Shown here: positions 33,198-43,653 of the stretch, piece by piece
Layout: every line of letters begins with the position of its first letter
How positions within the stretch are numbered: the first letter of the stretch is position 1
IMG/VR virus record: IMGVR_UViG_3300031857_000258
Coordinates: 1-53,428 of that record
DNA: 53,428 nucleotides
From: a virus
Lineage: Duplodnaviria; Caudoviricetes
Direction: 5' to 3' (one strand)
Position numbers and translations under genes: made by a program
The notes under the pieces: model-generated
Seen by the model: only the letters and a program-made list of their open reading frames with translations
Told to the model about the DNA's origin: nothing
Databases searched by the model: none

Positions 33198-34934
33198 TTA
33201 CACAGCACCAACGATTTCATTGAAACTTACACCAGTGCGTACAGCAACAAAGTTCAATTGAATGTAATTAACTGAACGGGCTGGCTTGATGTAAATATCT
33301 CCGACAAACTTGTTGGCATCAATAACTTCAGGAGTATTATTTGTTGTATCGCAAACAACACGATAGTCATAGATACCACGGCGACCTTTAACGTCACGTA
33401 GGAACGGTTCAACTAGAGCAATAAATTGGGCACGTGTAAACTCATCGTTCAATTCGAACAATGCATACTTAGATGCCGTTGCAATAGCTTTTTCTAGAAC
33501 AATAAACAATCTACGAACATTAATACGATTGAATGCAGAAGGTTGTGTTACCAAAGTCTTATCACCATACAACATGGTTCCTTGACCTGGGAAGGACACA
33601 ACTGGGTTAACACCAACTGAATAGATGGCATCACGTTGTGCTTGTGTTGGATTCCATGCCAACTTAACAACGTTCTTGATTGCACCACGGTTTACGCCCG
33701 CTGGTGAGAACCAAGGGTCACGTGTCTGGTCTGTACGAACGCATAGTCCAGCAATGTCACCGTTCAATGGTATCCAACGATATACGTTGTTGTACTTGTC
33801 AAATTGGTATTTCCAACCAGAGTCAGCGACTGCATATGTTGATGCACGTGACAATGTTGTAACCCAAGAAGTGACGGAAGTTTCAGGAGTTGCACCACCA
33901 ACAATACCGGATTGTGGAGGAGACAAGAATGTTACACAATCTTTACGTGCAGAAGCAATAGAATCAATTGTATATTGTTGTACTGCTGTATAGTTAGATG
34001 CACCACCAGCGTCACCTGTAACAATCAAAGAAATGTCAACAACGTCTGGGTTTGTGAACTCCCCATAAGCGGTTTCATAATCTGCCGCTGACAAAGCTAA
34101 GTCTGAACCTAAACCAAGAGAAACCGTTGAACCGGTGTTAGCACCTGCCATGGAGCAACCAGAGAATTGCGTGTTTGCTGTTTGGCCCCATGAAGCAGAA
34201 GTGTTTGCAGGATCTACTGGACCTAATGCGTAAATATATTTCGATTGTTCACGCAAAACAGTTCTGTAGTAAGAAGTTGAACCGTCATCATTTGTAGCAT
34301 CAGATGCTTTTGAAAGATATGGGAACACTTCTAGAACGGTACCTTTTGCACCTTGGCTGAACAAACCGTCTTCGTCAACCACAACTAAGTGAATTTGGTC
34401 GTTTGCACCACCAGAAGTAGCAACATAATTAGATGTGCTTGGTGCCGCAGGGAAATATGATTTATAAGTCCAAGAAGTAAATGTTGTACCTGTTGCATTT
34501 GCATTTGTTGTGTTAGAATCCCAAATAGAAACTTTTAATGAGTTTCCTAATGCGCCTGGATAACGTGCAACAAATGATTGTGTATTAGAATCCACAATAT
34601 ATGTGGTATCATATACGTCAGTATTTTTAATTGTCAACGCTGTTGTTGTATTAGCACCAGCATTTTTAGATGTATTGTTGGCAGCACGTACAACTTGAAG
34701 ATTATTTCCATAAGCCAAGAAGTTGGCCGCTGAAAAGAATGAAGTTGCTGTGTTGCCGTTTGGTTGCCCAAACTTGTTAACTAAATCTGTTTCGTGTGAT
34801 ACGAGCGTTCTTTTTCCTACTGGTCCCCATTGAAATGGTCCAGCGAATGCACCGGCCGTAGTAGATACCGCAGGAACAACCGTAGTTAAGTCGACCTCGG
34901 ATACATTTACGCCTGGAGAAATCTGAAATGCCAT
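33198..34934 (-). CDS. gp18: Tail sheath protein gp18
   Basis: SPGVNVSEVDLT, WFSPAG, RINVRRLF, IKPARS. Confidence 0.96.
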   Translation of the reverse strand: MAFQISPGVNVSEVDLTTVVPAVSTTAGAFAGPFQWGPVGKRTLVSHETDLVNKFGQPNGNTATSFFSAANFLAYGNNLQVVRAANNTSKNAGANTTTALTIKNTDVYDTTYIVDSNTQSFVARYPGALGNSLKVSIWDSNTTNANATGTTFTSWTYKSYFPAAPSTSNYVATSGGANDQIHLVVVDEDGLFSQGAKGTVLEVFPYLSKASDATNDDGSTSYYRTVLREQSKYIYALGPVDPANTSASWGQTANTQFSGCSMAGANTGSTVSLGLGSDLALSAADYETAYGEFTNPDVVDISLIVTGDAGGASNYTAVQQYTIDSIASARKDCVTFLSPPQSGIVGGATPETSVTSWVTTLSRASTYAVADSGWKYQFDKYNNVYRWIPLNGDIAGLCVRTDQTRDPWFSPAGVNRGAIKNVVKLAWNPTQAQRDAIYSVGVNPVVSFPGQGTMLYGDKTLVTQPSAFNRINVRRLFIVLEKAIATASKYALFELNDEFTRAQFIALVEPFLRDVKGRRGIYDYRVVCDTTNNTPEVIDANKFVGDIYIKPARSVNYIQLNFVAVRTGVSFNEIVGAV

Positions 34935-35007
34935 TTTACTCTCCTTGTTTTATATTGCTATTGGCAGTAATAACCTATAGTATATTTATGAAATGGTGGT
35001 TTTATAG

Positions 35008-36672
35008 TTAACTCATGAAAAAAGCAGAAGGATTATCTTCTTCTTTTGTCATCCAAACATCACCACCCTCTACGATGTAATTTTTGTCAGTACCATCATC
35101 AAAGATACCAAAAGATGGCATTTCTTCATCCGATTGATTTAACATCTCCAACTGCATCTGTTTTCTCAAATCATGGTTGACAATCTCTTTAAAGTATTGT
35201 TGTGTTGTCATCCATGCAAACATAACCAAAGTCATCACAATGTCATCATTTGCACCTTCTTCAGCCTTGAAACTGTTGTGGCTTGACACAAAAGTTGTGA
35301 GTTGAGATATGGTATCAAAGTCATTAATAATTAACTTGTTATTTTCTATCAAAGTTTTGAGGTTGGAACAACCAATTCTCTTAACTTGTGGTGACATTTT
35401 CAAACCAAGCTGAATGCCACGACCAAAACCTGTACCCATTGCCTGTGCTTTTTTGTTTCCAGTCTCAATCTTGACCACGTTTTCATACTCAAGGTCTTGG
35501 TGGAGAGTGTCGGCAATTTGTGGTGTATTATTTATTTCTATTAAAACGTATGCATCGTTAAACAGTTTTGCTGTATTATAGATGACAGTTGGGAATAATA
35601 CTGGTGAAATGGAAGATGAGTTGTATTTGGCAACCTGACGGTATGGTATAGCCGAAACGTCAAATACCGAGAACGCAGAACCGTCCAAGTTTCTACCTTC
35701 CGCTGGATCAACTGTGATGGCATAGATATGGTCTGCCACACGTTCATCATCACCTTTGATCGGATACTCATAAACATCAAGCATCTCATGTTTGGCAACT
35801 GGTTCTTTGTACACCAATTGAGCCAGTTTGGAGCCAGAGATAAGTGTGTTTGTAGAACCCAAGAATTCACATTCAAACTCTTGTCTGAACTGTTCTTCTG
35901 AGGTGTTTTTAATGGTTTCTTCTTTCCATTTTTCATCACGACCTGGTACCATTGACCAGTGAATCTCAAATGTCTGGTAGCCGTTCTTCTTACCGATAGC
36001 ATCCATCCAGAGTTTGTAGAATAGATTCATACCGTTTGGAGTGGACACAATGATAATCTTGGTAGATTTACCTGATGAGATAACGGGGTAAACAGAGTTA
36101 AAGAACTCATTAGCAATGTTGGCTGGAACGAACGCAAATTCGTCTAAGAATACAATGTTAAATGCTCCTCCACGAACTGCTGAAGATGATGTGGATGCCG
36201 CAATAATTTTTGAACCGTTCTCTAGTTCTACGTTACCCTTGTTCCATGTCACCACACCTTGTTGGAGCCACATAGGGAGGTTTTCGTATGCTAGTTGATA
36301 CTTTGATAAAATGTCACGTGCTAGTGAACCTTTGTTAGCAAGAACGGCAATGTTTTGTGAATCTTGAAAGAGTGTTACCCAAAGAAGATATGCAACTGAT
36401 GTGGTTGTTTTACCGACCTGACGGGGACACTTGGTGATTGAGAACCGATTTTCATGGTATGTACGAATCATTTCTTTCTGAAAATCCCACATACGGAACG
36501 GCATCAGTCCCTCATCAACGTTAACAATTTTGATGTACTTCATTGCAAAGTACACAGGGTCTTTGGAACATATTATGTACTCATCAACTTCTTCCTGTGT
36601 ATATGCGTGTTCAACTCCGGCTCTTTTCAGTAACGGATTGTCACGGTAAGAATCTTTATTATTAATCGGCAT
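35008..36672 (-). CDS. gp17: Terminase large subunit gp17
   Basis: PRQVGKTT, FLDEFAFV, VSTPNG, DDIVM. Confidence 0.96.
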   Translation of the reverse strand: MPINNKDSYRDNPLLKRAGVEHAYTQEEVDEYIICSKDPVYFAMKYIKIVNVDEGLMPFRMWDFQKEMIRTYHENRFSITKCPRQVGKTTTSVAYLLWVTLFQDSQNIAVLANKGSLARDILSKYQLAYENLPMWLQQGVVTWNKGNVELENGSKIIAASTSSSAVRGGAFNIVFLDEFAFVPANIANEFFNSVYPVISSGKSTKIIIVSTPNGMNLFYKLWMDAIGKKNGYQTFEIHWSMVPGRDEKWKEETIKNTSEEQFRQEFECEFLGSTNTLISGSKLAQLVYKEPVAKHEMLDVYEYPIKGDDERVADHIYAITVDPAEGRNLDGSAFSVFDVSAIPYRQVAKYNSSSISPVLFPTVIYNTAKLFNDAYVLIEINNTPQIADTLHQDLEYENVVKIETGNKKAQAMGTGFGRGIQLGLKMSPQVKRIGCSNLKTLIENNKLIINDFDTISQLTTFVSSHNSFKAEEGANDDIVMTLVMFAWMTTQQYFKEIVNHDLRKQMQLEMLNQSDEEMPSFGIFDDGTDKNYIVEGGDVWMTKEEDNPSAFFMS

Positions 36673-37084
36673 TCTTCGCTTTTAATAGCTTCGATAGTTC
36701 TGAGGTTGAACCCACAAAAATTGCTTTGTCTACGTTGACACCAGAATCATTCTTCTTGATGTTCTTAAGTTCTCTAATAGTTTTTTGCATGACCATTAAT
36801 TTTTCGTTTGCTTCTGCCGTGTTCTTAATAAGAGTGGCAACCACTTCAAACGCACGTGGGTGTTCTGTCTCCGATGCAATTGCAAGGAGATGGTCGATTG
36901 CTTGATTACCTTTTACAACCAACTCTTTTAATGTTTGTCTAGATTCTTGATAATCACTGTCAAGGTCACCATCTAGGTTTTTGGTAACTTGTGATTCAAT
37001 CTTTGCAGGTAACTGTTCCGTTTTTTCTATAACGGTCGGTGTCACATCAAATATTTCAGTCATACTCTTTTCAAATTTTGACAT
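36662..37084 (-). CDS. gp16: Terminase small subunit gp16
   Basis: EHPRAFEV, AIFVGSTSELSKLLK. Confidence 0.93.
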   Translation of the reverse strand: MSKFEKSMTEIFDVTPTVIEKTEQLPAKIESQVTKNLDGDLDSDYQESRQTLKELVVKGNQAIDHLLAIASETEHPRAFEVVATLIKNTAEANEKLMVMQKTIRELKNIKKNDSGVNVDKAIFVGSTSELSKLLKAKNAD

Positions 37085-37087
37085 AGT

Positions 37088-37729
37088 TTATGATATGGAA
37101 GATTTAAATACCATAAATCCTAATATTGGTGCTTCTGGCGGTGAAGGATCATTTGAGTTATTACGGAAGGTAATAATTGCAGAACCATTTTGTGGTGTTG
37201 CCGTAACATCATACAACGCCATTGTACCATTAGCGATATGTGCCACATACACCAAATCAGTATTAGTTATGAAACTGTTATTGAAGGTGAATGTATCTGA
37301 AAATTCAGCAGGAGTAATAGTGTTGAAAAGTGTTATTCTACCAGTCAAAGCATCGAGTGTTATTGGATCGGTTCTGGAACCAGTTTGTGTAACTTGACCA
37401 CCAGTGCCCGCTTTATAACCCATGCCAGTACTTGAAATCAATGAAGTTGATGTTATAACGTTTCCTGTGACAGTCAAATCACCAGCAAAAGTTCCAGTTG
37501 TGTTTGCAAGTGCAGAGTTTGCTTTTGCGAATGCGGCTTGAGCGTATATATCAACGGTGTTTGAAGAAGCATATGCAGAGTTTGCATGAATGTTGACGTA
37601 ATTTCGGAGAGTATCAACTCTAACACTGTTTGTTATAGATGATACTGTGTTAGAAACAGGAATTATGATATTTGCAGGTGTACTGGAAATATCATTCAAA
37701 TTTGGTAGTTGTGAAATCTTTTTTGACAT
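37088..37729 (-). CDS. Hypothetical virion/fibre-associated protein
   Basis: MSKKISQLP N-terminus and AQAAFAKANS motif shared with fibre proteins; inserted between gp15 and gp16. Confidence 0.6.
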   Translation of the reverse strand: MSKKISQLPNLNDISSTPANIIIPVSNTVSSITNSVRVDTLRNYVNIHANSAYASSNTVDIYAQAAFAKANSALANTTGTFAGDLTVTGNVITSTSLISSTGMGYKAGTGGQVTQTGSRTDPITLDALTGRITLFNTITPAEFSDTFTFNNSFITNTDLVYVAHIANGTMALYDVTATPQNGSAIITFRNNSNDPSPPEAPILGFMVFKSSIS

Positions 37730-37732
37730 TTT

Positions 37733-38809
37733 TTATCCTATTAGAATGACTAATTCTTCATTGTCTTCTGTTAATATATCTTCTTCAATTTCCGTTACTA
37801 ATGGTTCAAATAGAACGGTTTCTGGGAATTCTGTTGTTTGTGTTGAGTATGTATAATTATTTGGTAACACAACATCAAATGGATTTGGTTGAACTTGTAT
37901 TGTAACCAACTTAGCAGGAGTTACTTCAAAAGAAGATGGAGTCCAAGTTGTATTGGTCACCAAGCCTTTAATTGGAGTTCCAGTTACAAAGTGTCCATTT
38001 AGACCATGTAATTCTAATTTTCTGGTGTCGGCATACCAAGATGATACTTTACCAGATGCTGTAGCCATATCATATGAATATCCCTGATACACAGTTTCTT
38101 CTATTTGAAAATTACCTAAACCACCTAAAGCCATATTGGCAATAGTGGTATTGTGGGACATTGAAGTGTCATCATATATATTTGTTATTGCCGTCTTAAC
38201 AATTTTTGGTTCTGTCACCGGACCATACAGATAACCTTTCACGGTGAAGGTTAGAGTCCATATGATGCTACGTACTTTCGAATTGTAATCACCTTCATAG
38301 TCAACTTCATTTGAAACGCTTTTCAAAATTATCGGTAGTTGTTTTACGATTCCCATTTCTGGAACCAAATTTACATTTACTGTATAATCTGGTGTAAAAT
38401 ATGGGAGGATTTTTTCCATCAACTGAGCGCCGTCTTCAATGTTACGGACATAAGCCAACAATGAAAAATCAAAATCAAAAGGTACTGGATTGTACACCGC
38501 CAAACTTGCACCTGTTTCTCCGCTATAAGAGGTGTTTTTCATGTTGGTGTTTAGTTTACGACCAGCATCATAACTCATGTTCGTCATTTCGAACGACATG
38601 ATTGGCAGTGTTACTTGAACTTTTTTGTCTAGGTTTGGATCACCTTCTAGGCGAGAAACATATTTTTCTTTTCCACCATAAACAATTGGAACTAAAAAAT
38701 GTTCCTGTTCGACACCATTGGAATCGTATCGTGCTAATTTAATATCATTGAAAAGGTTACCGAATGCGATAACAACCTTTCTGATTATTCTATGATATGC
38801 GTAACTCAT
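37733..38809 (-). CDS. gp15: Tail sheath stabiliser gp15
   Basis: IRKVVIAFGNLFN, LPIMSFEM, EKILPYFTP, IIWTLTFTVKGYLYGP. Confidence 0.92.
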   Translation of the reverse strand: MSYAYHRIIRKVVIAFGNLFNDIKLARYDSNGVEQEHFLVPIVYGGKEKYVSRLEGDPNLDKKVQVTLPIMSFEMTNMSYDAGRKLNTNMKNTSYSGETGASLAVYNPVPFDFDFSLLAYVRNIEDGAQLMEKILPYFTPDYTVNVNLVPEMGIVKQLPIILKSVSNEVDYEGDYNSKVRSIIWTLTFTVKGYLYGPVTEPKIVKTAITNIYDDTSMSHNTTIANMALGGLGNFQIEETVYQGYSYDMATASGKVSSWYADTRKLELHGLNGHFVTGTPIKGLVTNTTWTPSSFEVTPAKLVTIQVQPNPFDVVLPNNYTYSTQTTEFPETVLFEPLVTEIEEDILTEDNEELVILIG

Positions 38810-39678
38810 GATGGTGTACCGAAAGGATTAGATTCTGATAAGTCCACAACATCATCAGCTTCAGTTTGTATCGAGAAGTTATCATACATTTCACGATCTT
38901 GTGGATCAGTCAATGGGTCAACTGCATTTGAAATAACAAAACGTGCATTGCTTGTATTACCAGTTAACAATTGGTTATTTGCAAATGTACCCAGAAGGTC
39001 CGTAACTTTAAGTGTACCTGTTGGACGATCCCAATATGCAACTGTGCCAGATACGCCAGATGTGTTTGCTGTGACCACTTCACCTAATGCAAAGTTGTTT
39101 GATGCTGTGTTCGCTGTTACCATTAATGTAACATTATATGCTTCTTGGAAAACCGTATCATCAACATTTGGAATGCCAGTGTCGATGGTTTCTTGTGAGT
39201 ATTTGAACTTCTCAAGTTCAAGTTTGTAGAAGTATGGATACTTGTTACCTAAAACATAAAAGGCTTCTGAATAATTAACATATTTTATTTCATACATTTC
39301 ACCATTTTGTGATAAGAATGGAATGTAAATCAAATCACCTTCTCTTGGCCTTTGATATGTTTGTGGCACCCAACGTGCAAACGAACGTTTGGAGACAATC
39401 ACCGACATGTTGTTACGAATTTCTAGTCCAAATTTGGAAAAGAACTCACGTTCACCTTCATAACCATCCACATTTGTTACGTATAATTCCAACGGATATG
39501 ATGCGTCAAACCTTTTTAATGGATCTTCACCATAAATTAAATCTCTGGCCGAGTCATTACTATTTGGAATGTAATAGCAATCTACACCATTAATTTTAAT
39601 GGTTTCAATCATCAAGTCTTCTATAAGTCTTTGCTCAGGACTTGAATTGTAGTTATTGAAATAGAGATTTGTTGCCAT
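38806..39678 (-). CDS. gp14: Neck protein gp14
   Basis: SKFGLEIR, RPREGDLIY, SESNPFG. Confidence 0.92.
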   Translation of the reverse strand: MATNLYFNNYNSSPEQRLIEDLMIETIKINGVDCYYIPNSNDSARDLIYGEDPLKRFDASYPLELYVTNVDGYEGEREFFSKFGLEIRNNMSVIVSKRSFARWVPQTYQRPREGDLIYIPFLSQNGEMYEIKYVNYSEAFYVLGNKYPYFYKLELEKFKYSQETIDTGIPNVDDTVFQEAYNVTLMVTANTASNNFALGEVVTANTSGVSGTVAYWDRPTGTLKVTDLLGTFANNQLLTGNTSNARFVISNAVDPLTDPQDREMYDNFSIQTEADDVVDLSESNPFGTPS

Positions 39679-40454
39679 TAGTTTAGATAAAACTCAACTG
39701 GTAGTTCATATTTGGATTGCATTTCAAGTTCCAAATTTTTGATTTCTTCTGTTGCTTCTTCAAAAATTTTATCACCATTTAATGTGACACCACCGGGTAG
39801 TTGCACACCTGCAAACTTTTTCAGGTTATTCCCCCAATTACGTTTAATAAGTGCTGTCGCATATTCTTTGAGCCAACGGTCATTCCAAACCGATGCATAT
39901 TGTGTAGAATCGATCATTGCATAACATTCGGCAATAACAACAGAACCTGCTTTGACTGCTGAACCCCAACCCCAATCACAATATAATTTTTGCATGTGTC
40001 GTTGATATCGAATTGGAACTTCACCAGTAAACATAATCTCTAGTGAACGTAGGTGTTGCATCGTAAGTGTATAGTTAACATAAGATGCAGAAGTAAAATC
40101 ATACAGTTCATTCAAACGAAGTTGATAACGAAGGTCAAACATGTTGTTCGTATTGATAGAATCGGAGAGTGGAAACACTCTTGTTACACCAACAATATTG
40201 ACCGAATTGTTGCCACTATCAAGTGTCACAGAAGGTGACATATTGATATATTTGTTATTAACATCCGTCTGTGTTATCGCTTTGATATAATATACCTTCT
40301 GTAACGCATCAAAATGGTAGTCTTGCCAGTATTGAAACGCATCATCGATACGGTCTTCAACCTGGTCGTCATCAACGTTGATTTCAATGGTTGGAAATCC
40401 CAATCTACGTAGGCAATATTCTTTGAACGTTTGTCTGTTTGTTACTGATGGCAT
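39678..40454 (-). CDS. gp13: Neck protein gp13
   Basis: YCLRRLG.P.IEINV, WLKEYATALIK..WG.NL.KF, LPGGVTLNG. Confidence 0.93.
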   Translation of the reverse strand: MPSVTNRQTFKEYCLRRLGFPTIEINVDDDQVEDRIDDAFQYWQDYHFDALQKVYYIKAITQTDVNNKYINMSPSVTLDSGNNSVNIVGVTRVFPLSDSINTNNMFDLRYQLRLNELYDFTSASYVNYTLTMQHLRSLEIMFTGEVPIRYQRHMQKLYCDWGWGSAVKAGSVVIAECYAMIDSTQYASVWNDRWLKEYATALIKRNWGNNLKKFAGVQLPGGVTLNGDKIFEEATEEIKNLELEMQSKYELPVEFYLN

Positions 40455-40471
40455 ATGTTTCCCCTATGGGA

Positions 40472-43144
40472 TTATTTATCTTCTGGTTTCAAGTGGTTTA
40501 TTTCACGCTTCAATTCATCAATTTGTTTCTGTTGCTCTTTAATTGCTTCAATCAATAAAGGTATTAATTTTTCGTATCGAACAGTAAAATATTTTTCATC
40601 AATGGGTGCTGGAACAACAATTTCAGGTTGTACTTTCTGTACTTCTTGTGCGGATACACCAACTTCAAGTTGATATTTGTAGCCAAGTGCTTGTGCAATA
40701 TTATTTGGATAATAAGTGAAACCATTTAATGTTTTGATTTTTTCAATTGCATTAACAATATTTGAAACTCTTGTTTTCAATCGATCATCGGAGTAAAATG
40801 CAGTTATGTTGTTGGTTGCTCTAATTTCACCTGTTGTTGCGCTTGCCGCAGTGCCCACACCAAGCGATGTAAGTTGAGGAGAAGTATTCGTAACTATACC
40901 AGCAGGTCCAATGGGTCCAATGGGTCCAATAGGTCCTTGACCGCCACCAGGTCCAATAGGTCCAATAGGTCCAATAGGTCCTTGTGGACCTGTAGGTCCT
41001 CTAGGTCCAATCGGTCCGATAGGTCCAATAGGTCCTTGACCGCCACCAGGTCCAATTGGTCCGATAGGTCCTTGTGGCCCGATAGGTCCGATAGGTCCAA
41101 TAGGTCCTTGACCGCCACCAGGTCCAATTGGTCCGATAGGTCCTTGTGGCCCGATAGGTCCGATAGGTCCAATAGGTCCTTGACCGCCACCAGGTCCAAT
41201 TGGTCCGATTGGTCCTTGTGGTCCTGTGGGGCCTCTAGGACCAATTGGTCCGATAGGTCCAATAGGTCCTTGACCGCCACCAGGTCCAATTGGTCCGATT
41301 GGTCCTTGTGGTCCTGTTGGACCAATAGCACCCAATACTGGATACCACGCTGTAAATGTATTACCTTCGTTAAATCGAACACTTAGTTTTGGTGTACTTG
41401 AATTTCGGTCAATCGCAAACATTGCACCATAAGAACCAGCGCCAGTTGCAGGATATTCTGAACCTAAACCAATATACCAAGAGTAGAATTGAGTTCCGCC
41501 AGTGCCAGGTCCGTTTGTACTACCTTGTACATAACGATATCCAAATCCGTATGATGGGTTTGTTGCGTCAAAAGCTGTTCTTGTACTATGGACACCACCC
41601 ATATTGTTGTACAAGTTTACAGCACTTATTCCGTTTAAAGTGGTCGCATCAAAAGATGCTGGTCCGATTGGTCCAATGGGTCCAATAGGTCCGATAGGTC
41701 CTTGGCCACCACCTGGTCCAATAGGTCCAATAGGTCCTTGTGGTCCTGTTGGTCCGATAGGTCCAATAGGACCAATAGGTCCGATGGGTCCTTGATTACC
41801 AATTGGTCCAATGGGTCCTTGTGGCCCAATTGGTCCAATGGGTCCGATAGGTCCTTGATTGCCGATAGGTCCTTGTGGTCCAATAGGTCCAATGGGTCCT
41901 TGTGGTCCTGTGGGGCCTCTAGGACCAATTGGTCCGATGGGTCCGATAGGTCCTTGACCTCCAATTGGTCCGATAGGTCCCTGTGGACCTGTTGGTCCAA
42001 TAGGTCCAATAGGTCCAATAGGTCCAATGGGTCCTTGATTTCCGATAGGTCCGATAGGTCCTTGTGGTCCAATGGGTCCGATTGGTCCGATGGGTCCTTG
42101 ATTTCCGATTGGTCCTTGTGGTCCTGAAACACCTTGATTGCCGATTGGTCCGATTGGTCCGATAGGTCCTTGTGGTCCAATAGGTCCAATTGGTCCGATG
42201 GGTCCTTGATTTCCGATAGGTCCTTGTGGTCCGATTGGCCCGATAGGTCCGATGGGTCCTTGTGGACCTGTTGCACCTCTTTGACCAGCAATCGTAATAG
42301 TCCAAGAAGATGCGGCTGTTGTGCCTAAGTTAAAATCTGCGGCAATTGCAAATGATGTGCCAGTGATTGTGACAACACCTTCGAAAAAGTTTGCGCCGGT
42401 GTTTGTTGCTCTTACACGATTTCCTGTTACAAAATTATGAAAAGTTGTATTAACAATTAGAGTAATTGTTCCCACACTTGCAGGCGTAGCATTCGTTGTT
42501 GATGTTACTGATGAACCTGGTCCAGTTGCACCAGTTGGTCCCTGTGGCCCAATAGGTCCGATAGGTCCGATAGGTCCTTGATTGCCAATAGGTCCGATTG
42601 GACCTTGTGGTCCGATTGGCCCAATTGGTCCAATAGGTCCGATTGGTCCTTGTGGTCCAGTGTTGCCGATAGGTCCTTGTGGCCCAATTGGTCCAATAGG
42701 TCCGATGGGTCCTTGATTGCCGATAGGTCCGATTGGACCTTGTGGACCTACAGGTCCAATGGGTCCTTGTGGTCCAATGGGTCCGATAGGTCCAATGGGT
42801 CCTTGTGGTCCAGTGTTGCCGATAGGTCCGATTGGACCTGTGGGTCCTGTTGGGCCTCTAGGTCCGATTGGTCCTTGTGGTCCAGTACCACCGATAGGAC
42901 CTTGTGGTCCAATGGGTCCAATAGGGCCGATGGGTCCTTGATTACCAATTGGTCCAATGGGTCCAGTAGGTCCTATCGGACCAATGGGTCCTGCTGGTCC
43001 TTGTGGTCCTGATGTGCCTGCTGGTCCCTGTGGTCCTGTTGCACCAAAACCTCCGGCACCAACCCATTGGCCATTAGCGGCAATCACATAAGTGTTGCCT
43101 ACTGTTAAGCCATTCTTAACTAAGAATGTATTTGCTGATGCCAA
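40472..43144 (-). CDS. Collagen-like tail fibre with C-terminal intramolecular chaperone (peptidase S74)
   Basis: Three Gly-Pro-X tracts; YSDDRLK...GVSAQEV...[14 protein letters not shown]. Confidence 0.85.
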   Translation of the reverse strand: MASANTFLVKNGLTVGNTYVIAANGQWVGAGGFGATGPQGPAGTSGPQGPAGPIGPIGPTGPIGPIGNQGPIGPIGPIGPQGPIGGTGPQGPIGPRGPTGPTGPIGPIGNTGPQGPIGPIGPIGPQGPIGPVGPQGPIGPIGNQGPIGPIGPIGPQGPIGNTGPQGPIGPIGPIGPIGPQGPIGPIGNQGPIGPIGPIGPQGPTGATGPGSSVTSTTNATPASVGTITLIVNTTFHNFVTGNRVRATNTGANFFEGVVTITGTSFAIAADFNLGTTAASSWTITIAGQRGATGPQGPIGPIGPIGPQGPIGNQGPIGPIGPIGPQGPIGPIGPIGNQGVSGPQGPIGNQGPIGPIGPIGPQGPIGPIGNQGPIGPIGPIGPIGPTGPQGPIGPIGGQGPIGPIGPIGPRGPTGPQGPIGPIGPQGPIGNQGPIGPIGPIGPQGPIGPIGNQGPIGPIGPIGPIGPTGPQGPIGPIGPGGGQGPIGPIGPIGPIGPASFDATTLNGISAVNLYNNMGGVHSTRTAFDATNPSYGFGYRYVQGSTNGPGTGGTQFYSWYIGLGSEYPATGAGSYGAMFAIDRNSSTPKLSVRFNEGNTFTAWYPVLGAIGPTGPQGPIGPIGPGGGQGPIGPIGPIGPRGPTGPQGPIGPIGPGGGQGPIGPIGPIGPQGPIGPIGPGGGQGPIGPIGPIGPQGPIGPIGPGGGQGPIGPIGPIGPRGPTGPQGPIGPIGPIGPGGGQGPIGPIGPIGPAGIVTNTSPQLTSLGVGTAASATTGEIRATNNITAFYSDDRLKTRVSNIVNAIEKIKTLNGFTYYPNNIAQALGYKYQLEVGVSAQEVQKVQPEIVVPAPIDEKYFTVRYEKLIPLLIEAIKEQQKQIDELKREINHLKPEDK

Positions 43145-43175
43145 GGTTCACTCTCCCCTAGGTGTATTATTCTTA

Positions 43176-43652
43176 TTATTTGTAAAAACCGGTTCTAACT
43201 AATTTAATTGTTAGTGGCTCGCTTGTTGTTGGTGTGAACAATAAATTCACAATGTTTGAATTGGACCTTGTTTTGCTTATATCTAAGTTTGCAGAAAAAG
43301 TACCGAGCGTTCTATTAAAAAGAGTACCTTGTTCGGTAGAATATACATCATCTTCATCTTGCATTACATATATTGTTGTGAACAAATATCTTCTGGTATC
43401 ACCCGAAGAACCGTCAACAATTACAGAGTATGTTGCCGCACGATAATCATCTGCATGAAAAGAATCAACAATGGTTACATTACCTGTTCTTGAAATTACA
43501 TTATTAGATGTTACAGAAAACGCACCACCAGAAACAAGACCACCCACATTTAGAACTCCCGTTACCGAGCCGTCACCAAAAAGGTTGAACTGCCCCACAT
43601 TTGTTGTGGGGGTTCCAATTATCAATGCATCAACTACCGCTTTATTACTCAT
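43176..43652 (-). CDS. Hypothetical fibre-associated protein
   Basis: VDSF...YRAATY..IV beta-rich domain typical of T4-like fibre accessory proteins. Confidence 0.6.
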   Translation of the reverse strand: MSNKAVVDALIIGTPTTNVGQFNLFGDGSVTGVLNVGGLVSGGAFSVTSNNVISRTGNVTIVDSFHADDYRAATYSVIVDGSSGDTRRYLFTTIYVMQDEDDVYSTEQGTLFNRTLGTFSANLDISKTRSNSNIVNLLFTPTTSEPLTIKLVRTGFYK

Positions 43653-43653
43653 G